The notes beneath the pieces were generated by a model, which ran no database searches, was not told the origin of the DNA, and saw only the letters and a program-made list of their open reading frames with translations. A stretch of DNA of 62,934 nt, filler included, from Octopus bimaculoides (Eukaryota), in the NCBI RefSeq assembly GCF_001194135.2. It is 6 parts of 4 records of this genome, joined end to end, with 100 filler letters (N's around TTAATTAATTAA, not from the genome) between each part and the next. Parts side by side here need not be neighbours in the genome. Positions count along the whole stretch, not along the records: positions 18,712 to 26,267 come from NC_068994.1; positions 26,368 to 47,690 come from NC_068985.1; 4 more parts are not named here. One strand, 5' to 3'. A program made the position numbers and the translations under genes. Of this stretch, positions 22,850-36,923 are shown in pieces. Every line of letters starts with the position of its first letter. Position 1 is the stretch's first letter.

Positions 22850-25063
22850 CCCACGTTCCCGTGTAACCTTATTTAATTACAGTATATTAAGAGATAAAAA
22901 ATATTGCGGTCAATGATGTAAATAAACATTTAAGAAAGTACTATTTTTTTAAATAATCACGATATTTTGGATAGATGTATGGAAACGTGATATTGTGACG
23001 TTCATGCCTTTACCAGAATGTTTAAAAAGAAACAAGATGGAAGACGTGATAGAAAAAACAATTTCAGCCTCGTATGTAACGCTGCAATGTTAGAATTTCA
23101 TCAACACGTTTTTTAGATATCGCTATTGTTTACCAAATTCCATTGTAATAACATTTAAGTTGATTATTAAAAATAATAATTTAAAACTGAAAAAGGAAAA
23201 AACAATAATTTCTTCCACTTCATTAAATCAAAAATATATATTTTTGATAGAATAGTTCCGCATAGGAATGAACGAAGGTTTTTTAAAATATTATCAAATC
23301 AAATATTAAACTTCGATCATAAATGAAAAAGTAAAACACAAAAAGATTTAATAAAAATATGAAAAGATTTTAGAGCGCGCCAAAAATAAATAGTTTATCC
23401 AATCAGTTTTTTACGTGTCTTGTTTTTTGTACACATTGAAGCGTAAAACGAAAGTGTACGGAGGCGTAGTAGACTTAATGAGATATTTATTATATTAGAC
23501 TCGACCAATTTAGTATTTAATAAGTCAACAATTTTTTATCTTTTATTTTAAAATATAAATATATACAAATATAAATTCATATTTCAGTCATTTGTTTTAT
23601 AAATGATTGAATTTTTCCCATGAAAATATAACAACGTGTTTTTTACGTTCTCCTCCCACTATACTTCGCTCTACTCTGCCTACCACTACATCGACAGCGA
23701 CAAGATACTAATGAGCTATTATATTAAATGTTTTGATTCAGCGAATTTAGTATGTAATAAATCAACAATTTTTTAAAAATAAAATATTTATGTGAACATA
23801 AATTCACGCTTCACTAATTTTATTACAAATTACAGATTTTTGCCAATACATGTTTTTTACGTTCCTCTTTCACTGTTTCCTTCTACTCCGCCTACCACCA
23901 TAGCTACAGTACGAGACACTAATGACATGTATTATATCAAACGTATTAGACTCAACTAATTTACTATTTAATAAATAAACAGATTTTTTTCCACTTTTCA
24001 AAAATATGAAATCACATTTTACTCATTTGTTTTCCAAACGAATGAAATCTCCCATGAAAATACACAACGTGTTTTTTACGCTCTCCTCCCACTACGATTC
24101 CATCTTCTCTGCCTACCACCACCAACAGCCAAGCAGTGGTAAACGTTGAACGTACATTCAGTGCGGGTCTACACTGTATGTGGTGTATATATATATGTAT
24201 GTGTGCGTATGTGTGTTGTTACTTCCCTTTGTTTACTTTCTCCCTCCCTTCTCGCCATCTGAGTCACTCAAGTTTCTTGGAAAAAAAACTCTGTAAATAA
24301 AACAACTGCACAAACCGTCTGTCTGTGTGTCACATTATCTCCCCTGCTCACTCTAAGACGATGTTTTTTTAACTTTTTACCAGGCAATAAGCTCCATGTA
24401 CTTGCTACTCCTCCACTCCGCCAACAGAAACACTTAAAAAACAAACAAACATCAACTACACTAAACTATTAATTTTTTGTTAAAGCAATAGTGCTTCTGC
24501 CGAAAGAGACTGTCTGCAGGTCTGTATTGCTCTTTCGTCTCCTCTCAACAACCGGAAAGATAAATAACACTTCTTCTCCCTCTCCACCCCTTAAAAAGAA
24601 AAAACAAGCAGCAATTTCCTATCTTCTATAATTACAAAGGTGGGGTGCGGCGGTGGCTCGAACTGGCAGGGACGGGGAAGGCAAGAGAAAGTCAATTTTA
24701 CTCAGTAATTTTGCGGGTTATTTTTTATATATTTATTTAATTTATTTTTTTCGGGCCAGCTCCAATTCCAATCTCCCCCACCACCACTTTGTAATATTCT
24801 CTTTCTTCTTATATCCTCTCTTCAGTTTTTTTTTTATAACCCTCCTTCCGTATTTCTCTCTTTCCTTAAATTCCAATAGTTTCTCGACCGTTTTTAAAAA
24901 GTCTAGCAAAGATATTTCTCTTAGAGTCCCATCCTAGCTTCTAATTTAATTCATACCATCACATCTCTCTTTCTCACTCTCCATCTTTCTCTCTCTCCAT
25001 CAATTATCCACTTTCTCTATTCAAACGTGAAGTTATTTCATTCTTGAAAGTCTGTGTACGTGC

Positions 25064-25104
<41 letters not shown>

Positions 25105-25251
25105 TGCGTGTGTTTATAAGAATAATTGTTTCGTTTTTATTTTAAAAGTTAATGAAATGAAAGTGTCAAAAAAAANNNNNNNNNNTCCTTTGAAATATTA
25201 ATGTTTGTTAACAATTAATCTGGACCGTCCGAATTCGATATTCATTTTCTG

Positions 25252-25293
<42 letters not shown>

Positions 25294-26150
25294 AAATGAT
25301 ATGTTTTTTGAGAAACAAAACAAAATGTCCTGATTCTGTAGAATCTGGCCAAAAGACAGCCCAAGCGCTTTTCTCTTTGACCATACCGAAAATTCCTCGC
25401 TTTGCTAATATATACGTAAATATGATGATGAAGTGGAAAATGTCTGCATCCAAGAGCTGTTATTGGTCGTTCTAGGTATTTGTGTGTTTACAGGAATGTC
25501 TGTGGCTAGCTGCTACCAACGCGTGTCATGCCAAGCTGCTGAGGAGGCAGTCAGGCACGATCCTACACCACTGGCCATTCTAGAACATGGTTGACACTTT
25601 CATATATGGCTCCAACCGCGTGTCTGTGTCTCAAGTGTCTTGCCTGGCTTTTTGTTATTTTCTATTGCTTCGTATGAAGTTATGTGAGAAGGTCTTGAGC
25701 CAATGGTCAGTCGTCAAAGACATGGGAGGATGTTTTCAACTAATCCCTTTCGTTCCCGCTCCCAACTTGATCCAGTCCGTCTGTCAATGGTGAACTGACC
25801 ACGAAGACGTGCACGAAAGAGAAAGTAAAAATACAAGAAAAAAGGCGTGTTTCGCCAACAACTTAAGGTTAGTCTCTCGTCGGCAGACTTTGGCCTTCCC
25901 TCTCCATTGGTCAGTCTATAGTAAAAAGGAGGGAAGACGGATGGAGGAGTGGAAGGCAATGCTGAATAGCATTTGGGTCAATTATGTTAAGATGGTCGGT
26001 GTGGCCATAGTGTCACGTGTTAGACATTCTATAGAAATATGGTTGACCGGAGCCATGCCATTGTGGCACTGGCTGGAATATATTCGCTTTGGGCGAGTGG
26101 GATTGGTTTCTAGGCATTTGCGTGTTTGTGTGCGCGTGTGTACAAATATA
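22850..26150. promoter_or_regulatory. CpG-retaining, SINE-free region, possible gene 5' end or regulatory region
   Basis: Visibly more CG dinucleotides than the flanks and no SINE insertion over ~3.3 kb. No ORF identified. Confidence 0.3.
23476..24135. repeat. degenerate tandem triplication, units ~211-233 bp
   Basis: TAATGA unit starts at 23476, 23709 and 23920; recurring TGTTTTTTACG(T/C)T and GCCTACCAC motifs. Confidence 0.8.
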
Positions 26151-26235
26151 ATATATATACCCCTATCTATCTATCTATCTATCTATCTACCTAATTATCT
26201 ATTTATCTATCTATTATATAATCAGATGTATGAGA

Positions 26236-26267
<32 letters not shown>

Positions 26268-26367
26268 NNNNNNNNNNNNNNNNNNNNNNNNNNNNNNNNN
26301 NNNNNNNNNNNTTAATTAATTAANNNNNNNNNNNNNNNNNNNNNNNNNNNNNNNNNNNNNNNNNNNN
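26268..26367. other. artificial scaffold linker
   Basis: N44-TTAATTAATTAA-N44. Confidence 0.95.
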
Positions 26368-27359
26368 AAGAACTGGTATAAATGCTTACGTGTTACTGAC
26401 TTTTTCTATCTGCTGTAATATCTCACATACACATACATGTATCACTCACACACTCTCTTTTCTTTGTACGACGGCCTGTCTTTTATTATGTTCTTATATG
26501 TCGCATTCACACTCTCACATACACATACATCTTTAACGCTACAATAAATATTTCTGTTATTCATTTTATACGGTTGTCTTTTCTATCGTCTCATTACTGG
26601 CTATTTGTGTTATCGTAGTATAACATATTTTATGTATATCATCTTTGATATATTATTTTGTGTTCGACCGTGTGACACGTTTTAAATAAAAGGAGTCCTC
26701 TATTTTTCCATTCGTCACCATTTCTCCTTTTTGGGTTCGCACGGTCGTTCTTACACATACTTACCAGATGTCAACCAATAATGCGAGGTGATGAGAATTT
26801 CGAAAAGTACTTCAGAATGTATTAGCAAAAGCAAGTCTGTTAGCATGCCTAGCTGTACATTTTGACATATCAGTGAGATGTTAGGTATGCGGAACCAAAA
26901 ATGGAGAATGAAGATAGGTGATTTGAAATGCAGCTTTAGAAACAGTTGCATGTTTGCTTCTCTTCAAAAGTATTTCTCTATGGGTGATACTCATTCGTGT
27001 TATATTATTTTGTTCGGTGCATTAAATGTTATCACTAATTTATTTGAGGTGTGCAACTTTGAGCTTGACTTCAAAGTGACATAAAGACGCCTGTGTGCCA
27101 CATATACATTAAACATCTTAATCACTTCATATTATTTGATGGCTGCCAATACATCAATCCAAATTAACAATCATTAGAACAACGAATGCCGTATAGTATT
27201 CGTTCTGGCTCGGCTTGCTCTGAGTTCAAGCATCACCGAGTTAAACTTTTCCTTTCATCCTTTCGGGTGGTTGATAAAATAAAGCAGTAATCTAGTATTA
27301 GAGTCGAGTCTTCTTTCTGGAAGAAACCTGTAGCCAGACCTAGAGAAGAATGGCTCCCA

Positions 27360-27720
27360 CTAGATTCAGAATCCCAAAGTTTACATAATGATTAATTTAA
27401 TACGTAATGATTAATTTGCGTCTGGTTTGACCTTCAAATAAGAGGGTATGGATGACCAAGAGCCTTTTCGAAGAGTGATTTACAACCATCTTTTTGTCCA
27501 AGAGTAGAAAGGTACATATTATTTTCAACAAAGCGTTGCTCATTTTAGACAATGTACCTTTCTTAAAACACCTTTCTTATGACGTGAGATCTTAATATAT
27601 TTCCAAGAATATAGTTTCTTTGCTCCAGCCAATTGATGAACGTGTGATAGCTTATCATACGTTGAGAAGAACTTTCAAACAAGTTTTGAAAGCAACTGGT
27701 AAAGAAGATAAACCCACAGC
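27360..27720 (+). pseudogene. pogo/Tigger-type DDE transposase remnant
   Basis: SNKRVWMTKSLFEE*F...NKALLILDNVP...SLLQPIDERVIA resembles the DDE_1 motifs WMT, LLILDN and LQP.D.GVI. Confidence 0.75.
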
Positions 27721-28406
27721 TAACAACTTCCGGAAGAAGTCGTAGGCGGTGTTAGTGAATGCGTTGTTAGTGCCTCATAGAGCAAGTTTATTAAATGAGG
27801 AGCTGACCCTGTTACAGTAAAAACAAGCAGAGAATACTGCGGAAAATACGAAAATTCCACGAATTTCATTTAAACTGATTGAAAAGAATATTGCTAAAGA
27901 GTTAGCACTTAGAGAAGGAGGTCGTAAATATAACATAAATATTAAAAGTGATTACAATGCGCCCAACTCCTACAGTGAATTGTACAGAGACGATGGGCCA
28001 CAAACATTAAACACTTTTGGATGAGTTCTTCAGCCCTCAAGTAGATGATTATGATGAACTATAAGATAGAAATGTCCTTCATCCTGCCAGTAACTCTCAT
28101 TCCACCACCACTCTTCAAACAGTTGTCAATATATTTTGTAGTAAGTACATACCCAACTACGATATTATTAAATTACGCATTTCACTTTAAGTATCTTACA
28201 TATAACTCCAATATTTTTGCATTCATTTATTAATTAGTATTACACTCTGTATTTATCTTACGGTTCGTATAAAAACCCAGAGTTGAGGACATCAGTGAAT
28301 TCTCACCACCTCGTCGCCGGAGCTAAGTTAATTCTGTGCAACATAAGTAGAGTTGGAACAACTGGGTTTTGGTTTTGTCATGACAAAGTGGAATTATAAC
28401 ACACAT

Positions 28407-28464
<58 letters not shown>

Positions 28465-29292
28465 NNNNNNNNNNNNNNNNNNNNNNNNNNNNNNNNNNNN
28501 NNNNNNNNNNNNNNNNNNNNNNNNNNNNNNNNNNNNNNNNNNNNNNNNNNNNNNNNNNNNNNNNNNNNNNNNNNNNNNNNNNNNNNNNNNNNNNNNNNNN
28601 NNNNNNNNNNNNNNNNNNNNNNNNNNNNNNNNNNNNNNNNNNNNNNNNNNNNNNNNNNNNNNNNNNNNNNNNNNNNNNNNNNNNNNNNNNNNNNNNNNNN
28701 NNNNNNNNNNNNNNNNNNNNNNNNNNNNNNNNNNNNNNNNNNNNNNNNNNNNNNNNNNNNNNNNNNNNNNNNNNNNNNNNNNNNNNNNNNNNNNNNNNNN
28801 NNNNNNNNNNNNNNNNNNNNNNNNNNNNNNNNNNNNNNNNNNNNNNNNNNNNNNNNNNNNNNNNNNNNNNNNNNNNNNNNNNNNNNNNNNNNNNNNNNNN
28901 NNNNNNNNNNNNNNNNNNNNNNNNNNNNNNNNNNNNNNNNNNNNNNNNNNNNNNNNNNNNNNNNNNNNNNNNNNNNNNNNNNNNNNNNNNNNNNNNNNNN
29001 NNNNNNNNNNNNNNNNNNNNNNNNNNNNNNNNNNNNNNNNNNNNNNNNNNNNNNNNNNNNNNNNNNNNNNNNNNNNNNNNNNNNNNNNNNNNNNNNNNNN
29101 NNNNNNNNNNNNNNNNNNNNNNNNNNNNNNNNNNNNNNNNNNNNNNNNNNNNNNNNNNNNNNNNNNNNNNNNNNNNNNNNNNNNNNNNNNNNNNNNNNNN
29201 NNNNNNNNNNNNNNNNNNNNNNNNNNNNNNNNNNNNNNNNNNNNNNNNNNNNNNNNNNNNNNNNNNNNNNNNNNNNNNNNNNNTGACTTTGT

Positions 29293-29524
29293 TCTTCATC
29301 TGGATATCTTTTCTACTCTTGGCACGAGGCCTGAAACTTTTGGGGAGGGTTGGGGGCCGGTCGATTAGATCAACCCCTGTACGCAACTGGTATTAATTTA
29401 TCGACCCCGAAAGGATGATAGGCAAAGTCGACCTCGGCAGAATTTGAACCCAGAACGTAAAGACAGACGAAATACCGCTAAGCATTTCGCCTGGTGTGCT
29501 AACGTTTCTGCTAGCTCGCCGCTT
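29293..29524 (-). mobile_element. family-M SINE, full length
   Basis: Minus head GCGGCGAGCTAGCAGAAACGTTAGC, B box GGGTTCAAATTC, central GCCTATCATCCTTTCGGGGTCGATAAATTAATACCAG. Confidence 0.9.
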
Positions 29525-29572
29525 TCTTCATATAAATATCTGTATACATACATGCATCTCTCACTCACTCTC

Positions 29573-29647
<75 letters not shown>

Positions 29648-29649
29648 GG

Positions 29650-29818
29650 CTAGTCGATTAAATTGACCCCAGTGCGCAACTGGTGCTTGTTTTATCGATC
29701 CTGAAAGAAAGAGAGGTAAAATCGGCCTTAGCGGAATTTGAACTCAGAACCTAAAGACGGACCAAATGTTGTTGAGTATTTTGTCCGGCTTGCCAACAAT
29801 TTTGCCAGCTCTTCGTCA
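29650..29818 (-). mobile_element. family-M SINE, degenerate
   Basis: GGAATTTGAACTCAGAAC block. Confidence 0.75.
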
Positions 29819-29845
29819 CTGTTAATCGTTTTCTTGAAGACATAC

Positions 29846-29876
<31 letters not shown>

Positions 29877-30721
29877 TAATAATAATAATGAACTTATTGT
29901 ATACGGTGCTCAGGTGCACCACATAAATACACACACACACGCATTCGATTATGTCATGCTTTCTTGTCTATTTCGAAATTACTTTTTGTTTCTACTAAAG
30001 TAATGCATAATTTTTTAAAAAGTGGCCAGTACGCTTGAACCAAAACGTAAGCTCTCAGGAAAACGAGATAACAATTTGGTTCCAATACACGATCGAAACT
30101 GGTTTTTATTAATATTTTTAATGTTCATTTTTTAATTTACTCTGGTAATATCAGTGAAACTGTCATCGAACAACACGATAGCTTTTTCCTTCTTTCTTAA
30201 ATTTCGAGTGTTTTGTATCAGGATCAAAAAGTAACAAATAAATACAATTACTTTTTAAGCCTTAAATAATTTTGATATAATCCGGAGAAGATTAAACTAT
30301 GTATCTTGTTATATTTTAACACTCGGATCAACTCTAATCGAAGAGACCTGATGATCCTTTTAAGATATAGGGTATGATCTAAGGGAGATTTTGTTGTTAC
30401 TTTTAGCAGGTCGAGCGGACACTTAAAGACTCTTTTGTTGTTTCGTTTGTAGAGTGTTTCTTCACCGAGATGCCAGAGTACCAAGCCTGCCAGACATGTC
30501 GTTGGCAGTTCTTGAGTAAGACACAAGAGGCAATAAAATAAAATAAAATAAAATGAAATTCACTCTTAAATTCTGAAATCATTGAATTTCGAATTGTTTA
30601 AGATATACCTTAATACACATTAAATGTAATCAGACGATAGATAGGGGATAAAAGGTGAGAATAAAGAGACAAATGCCGGGTGGGACTGCTAAATGTTCTT
30701 AAAGAATCTTTATGCAACATA

Positions 30722-30936
30722 TTCTTTTCTACTCTAGGCACAAGGTCTGAAATTATTGGGCAGGGGGCCAGTCGATTAGATCGACCCAGTACGCAACTGG
30801 TACTTAATTTCTCGACCCCGAAATGATGAAAGGCAAAGTCGACCTCAGCGGTATTTGAACTCAGAACGTAAAGGCAGACGAAATACCGCTAAGTATTTCG
30901 CCCGGCGTGCTAACGCTTCTGGTAGCTCGCCGCCTT
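30722..30936 (-). mobile_element. family-M SINE, full length
   Basis: Same layout as the 29293 copy. Confidence 0.9.
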
Positions 30937-33291
30937 CCTCATGCAACATATTGAAATATTCATGGGTGTGCTGTTAACAAAATTATGGAAAAAACCCCCC
31001 AAAAACTAAAGATTATATATTATCTCGATGTTGTTCAACGTTTAACATAGGATATCAGTTGTTTCTTTTTTCATTTTATAGAATTCAGAATTGAATTTTC
31101 CAATGTCATACAATATTTTTAAAATATAATAAAATTTTGATTTGATCATTGTAATTCCTCAAATTGGCGGTGGGATTTGAACTCAGAAACACGGGGCACA
31201 AATTAAGCAGTATAAAGATTCTACTGCCGTTCATTGCATCTAGTTATGGTCTTTTTGTTTTAAAACTTAGCCAAAGAAGGAAAGATAACATATGGCCCAT
31301 TTTAGCGGTGTTCATAAAAGAGGAAGAAACAGGACGTTGGTCCGAATGATTGTAACAGAAGAGATTCTGCTAAAAGCAATCAAGGATTAATTTTTGTAAT
31401 CGGATGGCGGCAGATTAAGTCGACGAAACAGAATAAAAATAACAAAAAAGATATTCTATGAAAAATATTGTCATCTTGTTAGAATAGCAGTTATTTACAT
31501 AATCACTGGTTTAGAATGAATTCAGTTCATCTTCATTTGGGGCAATTTTTCTTCTATTTTAATCATAGCCCCATAGCCACAAGTCGACCAGTGTGAGTGG
31601 AATTTAGTAGAAGGGGACTAGGTGGAAGTCCGTCAGAGGAAATGTCCCGGTGTGTGTGTTAACTCAATACCTGACCTTTGGGTGCCTTTAACAGACTCCA
31701 CTCTATTGCAACAACTTGAACTTGGTCTCCTAATCTGATAAGTTCCTCCTACCTGTCTTGAAGACCATGAGAAAAGTTATGGGCGTTACTCTTCTTACAC
31801 AGACAAAGCCGTGGAAAAGAAAACGATAAAAATATCGTTAACATTGAGTTACATTCTACATAGCATGATACAATTTTTGTCAGTTTATATCTATTAAATT
31901 TGTTTCTAACACAACATAAAGAAACCCAGCCCTTTCCAATGAATAGCAAACTAATTGGTGTCTTTTGATAACCGCCACGTTTATGCTCTTGCCAACCTGT
32001 TAAAAATTCTTTCTTCTATGAAATCATTTGATAAACAGCATTTCGGCACATTTACCACAATTATACATTCCAACATCTCCATCATGATCTTGATTGAATG
32101 ATAAAGTATCTATTAGTTAATTTACCTAACGCGTATGTATAGAGTAATCAAAGCAAAATTGATGTCTTTTTTTTTCTTTAATTTCTAACTGGAAAAGTTA
32201 TTTATAAATGGTCATATCAACTTTGACCCTTTCTACAAAATCATGCTGCCTCGTTAGATAAAACTGCAAGTATTCGTAAGCATGAGAAAGTGTGGGTATG
32301 ATAAGAAAGTGTGAGAGAGAGAGAGAGAAAAGGGAAACGTAAAAGAAGCATTACATATATTAGGTATGTAGCGAGGTGGATTCTCTTTTATCTCATTCGT
32401 ATTGTATAAAAGCAATTGGCTGAGTTTTTATACAGATGAAATGAGGGCTGTCATATTTGATTCCAAAGAAAACATATTTGTTTGAAGTACTGTTTATTCT
32501 AAAAATTTGAAGTAATGTCAGAAACACCTGGTGAATATTGGTATACTGTTTGTGTGTGTAGGAAGCGGAGATATAATTTGCCAGTCACGAGGCAACAGCC
32601 AAATTCTTCTGCTAGGTGTCATTAGACAGAAATACCGGCGAGGTGATGGTGACGATGGTAGCAATGTTCGGTGGTTTGGTTTCGGCTATTGGATACTGCA
32701 GAGGTGGAGGATGGCAGTTCCGACGGCTGCCGTGATCATGATGTAAAGGCTGTGATAGTGATAAAGCGGTTCACTACACCTTTTTCAGTCTGCAAGCCAG
32801 AGAGAGAGNNNNNNNNNNNNNNNNNNNNNNNNNNNNNNNNNNNNNNNNNNNNNNNNNNNNNNNNNNNNNNNNNNNNNNNNNNNNNNNNNNNNNNNNNNNN
32901 NNNNNNNNNNNNNNNNNNNNNNNNNNNNNNNNNNNNNNNNNNNNNNNNNNNNNNNNNNNNNNNNNNNNNNNNNNNNNNNNNNNNNNNNNNNNNNNNNNNN
33001 NNNNNNNNNNNNNNNNNNNNNNNNNNNNNNNNNNNNNNNNNNNNNNNNNNNNNNNNNNNNNNNNNNNNNNNNNNNNNNNNNNNNNNNNNNNNNNNNNNNN
33101 NNNNNNNNNNNNNNNNNNNNNNNNNNNNNNNNNNNNNNNNNNNNNNNNNNNNNNNNNNNNNNNNNNNNNNNNNNNNNNNNNNNNNNNNNNNNNNNNNNNN
33201 NNNNNNNNNNNNNNNNNNNNNNNNNNNNNNNNNNNNNNNNNNNNNNNNNNNNNNNNNNNNNNNNNNNNNNNNNNNNNNNNNNNNNNNNNNN

Positions 33292-33335
<44 letters not shown>

Positions 33336-34996
33336 AGAGAGAGAGAGACTAAAAATAAAATGTTAAAAGGTAAAGCAATTGGCAGAAGAAAACTGAGATC
33401 TAAGGTGTAGGTAGCAAGAAAAACTGTAGGTGTTTTAAAGGCGGTTGACTCATGTGGAGCAAAGGGAACATTAAAAAGAAAAAAGAATAAAAACGAAAAA
33501 TGTTTTGAAATAGAGAAGAAAAAAATGCAGACAGACAGAAAAGTACAAGAGAAGGCGAAGAAGAAATGTGAAGGGGAAAACAAAAGCAAAAAAAAAAAAA
33601 GAAAAGAAATGTGAAAAAAATTAAAATAAGTTATAAAAGGTAAAGAATAAGAAAAAGCCTAGACAAATAAGGAAAGCTGAAGGGAGGATGGGGGTGAATT
33701 ACAGCGGATGAATGTGTGAAAAAGAAATGATACCAAATTGGAAGTTTCTGTGGTAGAAATATTTCGTAGGTGGCTATCTTGTTGCTATTTTATTTATTCA
33801 TTTATTTATTTATTAGAAAATAATTTCTCTCTACCAATCTTCTAATTTATCTTTCGGACTTCATTTTTGCTCTCTCACATTTTTTTGGGGTTTGTAGTAG
33901 ACACATTCTTAATAAATGAAAATACCACGGCCAAAAGTCAAACATAGATAAAGTGCTATTATAATATTATAATGCTATTATAATGCCTCTCCCAAGGTTT
34001 AACTGTATTTCTTTCAACACACGTATCCACATCAAGAATCTTGCACACGAAATACACATACGAAATATCAACTAACATTATCTTTCAGCGAATATTCTTC
34101 ATAGTTACTTGAAGTTAAAACTGAGTTGTCTGTGGGCTAACGAAAATGAGCCTCTACACTGTCATTGGAAATTCAGCCAAATTTCTCTCAAGTAACACTC
34201 CTGACTCTTATGAAACAAAGGTTATATTAGAAACGGTGGGCTCTGTTATTCGAAATGAAAGGATCATTACAGATGGCACATCTTTGATCACCTATCTGCT
34301 CGAGCAGGTTCTATCTGAATCAAACGGCGACAGTTACCGCAGCAATCGAATTATATTAGGTAAACTAAATATTTAATCCATCATTAAAAATAACAAATAC
34401 ATTGCAATATGTTAAAGACACAAAATACCCCTGTCGTATTAAATAAAAAAGTACCGGTGGCGGTTTTGGAACGACGAAGATAATGAATCATGTGTTTTTC
34501 CCCCCCCTATATTAATTTCAAAGAGAACTATAAATAGGCCAAATCAATAGGTTGTGAAACTACCAAGGCAAGGAATCGATGGCTCGTGTCCTTTCAATCA
34601 GCATCTATCAGTGATCATGTCTAAACCTTTAACTGTCGCTGTTTTTGTCCTCCTAGACACACTCCTGGAGTTACAGGATCAGTACATAATTTACTAATAT
34701 TTCGTCAGGTTGTAATGGTGATTTCAAGTCTTCTTGTGCTTCTAGAGTAGAAAGCGAGAAACAACTGCAGAGCACACGCTCCAGAACCTGAAAGTCTTGT
34801 AGATGCGGCAACTACAGGGTCCACAAGAAGACGTTAAGAACTAGATATATATCTATTTAAAAGTTAAACATGCATTTTCCCAGAACATTTGCAGCATAAG
34901 TAAAATAATGATCACTTTAACTAAGAGACGGGAAATTAAAAGGTTTCGTGAACTCACTTCATTGGGGGTTTATCTCCATTGACATTAAAAGTAACA

Positions 34997-35209
34997 TCGG
35001 TTTCAAAGTTTGGCACAAGGCCAGCAAGTTCGAGGAGGGGATAAGCCGATTACATCGACCCTGTACTAAACTGGTGCTTATTTTATCGACCCCGAAAGGA
35101 CGAAAGGCGAGGTCGACCTCGGCGGAATTTGAACTCAGAACGTAAAGATGGACGAAATGCTGCTAAGCATTTTGCTCGGTGTGCTAATCATTCTGCCAGC
35201 CTGTTGCCT
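34997..35209 (-). mobile_element. family-M SINE, full length, alternative tail
   Basis: Tail GGCCTTGTGCCAAACTTTGAAACC, shared with the 885 copy. Confidence 0.9.
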
Positions 35210-36923
35210 TTACCTTAAAAAAAGTAATATTAAAAGTGATTTGGTACTAGATTAGTCTTTGTATGAGAGAAAGTAGCGTGGACCGAATCAACTCCAGTAT
35301 GTTATTGATATTCAGTCACAGTAGAAAAATTATCCAAATAATCACACCCAACCGTATAAAATGAAGAAAGTACTCATTAGATTATGAGGTCTAATATTCC
35401 TCTAAAAGGGTGGAATAATAACGGCTGGAATGCCTTGGATCGTAGGTCTATTGTAGCAGGGCTGATTTGGGTCTTAAAAATGCCACTTCCAAAACAACAA
35501 CAGCAACAACTGATCACATTTAGAAAGATGTAAGTGAAGGCCAACTCTGTGGAAAATTGTGTTTAGAACTAACAAGTATGAAACCGGTTACAGAGGAAAA
35601 TTACCCAGGAATATCTTCCAGAGAGAAGTTAGTGCTAGCATATTAATATAGGAAGTAAAACTTCTATGATTAATCCAGACTGCCATCGCAGAGAAGAGAG
35701 TAAAACGTTAGCCCATTGTTTAAATCTTATCGAGGCAAGTAAGGGCGACAACGCAGAAAATATCAATCAATTAATTAGAATTATAATTACGCACGCGGCG
35801 AGGAGAAGAGAAATCATCTGCTTGCACAAAGAGCTAATATTAATTTAATCTGATCGTGCACTAAATTTATTCTGGTGTATGAACCCCAGTTTAGTGGCTG
35901 AAACAACTAATGATACATAAAAGGACAAAAAAACAAAAAACAACTTTTCGTCATTCTTTTGTTTTATAGAATGAGTTTTATCAATCCAACTTCTCGCAAA
36001 TAACATTTATAAATAATTAAACCATTAAAAGGTTAGTGTAGGAGAAATCTGGATTATAGTTTCTTCTTTTTACCTTCTGAGTTTGAATCATATTCGAAGA
36101 CATCTTGGTCGAGATCATCTTGCAACTATTTACCGAAGTGGATTCAATCAATTATATCGATCGTTTAGAAATCTGCGACGTTGGGACCATATACGAACCC
36201 GATTATTCAAATAATTTATTAATTTGCGATTTAGCTACGATTAATCAAAGATTATATGTGTACGTTTAATCTAACTTTTAATCTAAACGTAGGGAGCAAG
36301 TAAGGAAGATAAGCGGGGAAAGCAAAAATGAAAGATAGGCTGGACACTCGGTCTTTGTGTCTGCTGTCTGACTGTCTTCTCACTCTCTTTCTCTCTATCT
36401 CTCTCTCATGTATATATATATAAAATTGATAATTATATATATATATANNNNNNNNNNNNNNNNNNNNNNNNNNNNNNNNNNNNNNNNNNNNNNNNNNNNN
36501 NNNNNNNNNNNNNNNNNNNNNNNNNNNNNNNNNNNNNNNNNNNNNNNNNNNNNNNNNNNNNNNNNNNNNNNNNNNNNNNNNNNNNNNNNNNNNNNNNNNN
36601 NNNNNNNNNNNNNNNNNNNNNNNNNNNNNNNNNNNNNNNNNNNNNNNNNNNNNNNNNNNNNNNNNNNNNNNNNNNNNNNNNNNNNNNNNNNNNNNNNNNN
36701 NNNNNNNNNNNNNNNNNNNNNNNNNNNNNNNNNNNNNNNNNNNNNNNNNNNNNNNNNNNNNNNNNNNNNNNNNNNNNNNNNNNNNNNNNNNNNNNNNNNN
36801 NNNNNNNNNNNNNNNNNNNNNNNNNNNNNNNNNNNNNNNNNNNNNNNNNNNNNNNNNNNNNNNNNNNNNNNNNNNNNNNNNNNNNNNNNNNNNNNNNNNN
36901 NNNNNNNNNNNNNNNNNNNNNNN

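Noticed and set aside
23476-24135. CRISPR-like array
   Set aside because: Eukaryotic context; the units are long diverged tandem duplicates, not short identical repeats with unique spacers.
25420-26130. Coding exons, including a hydrophobic stretch LLLVVLGICVFTGMSVASC and the 168-aa ORF at 25809
   Set aside because: No start or consistent splice context, no recognisable homology, and the long ORF runs into microsatellite and gap.
32392-32445. Possible hairpin CTCATT...TGTATAAAA/TTTTATACA...AATGAG
   Set aside because: AT-rich, interrupted stem that is plausible by chance.
34146-35848. Short ORFs of 76 aa (34146) and 60 aa (35666)
   Set aside because: No homology or splice support; the TAAT/CATTGT/CTTTGAT motifs hint at enhancers but are too common in AT-rich DNA to call.
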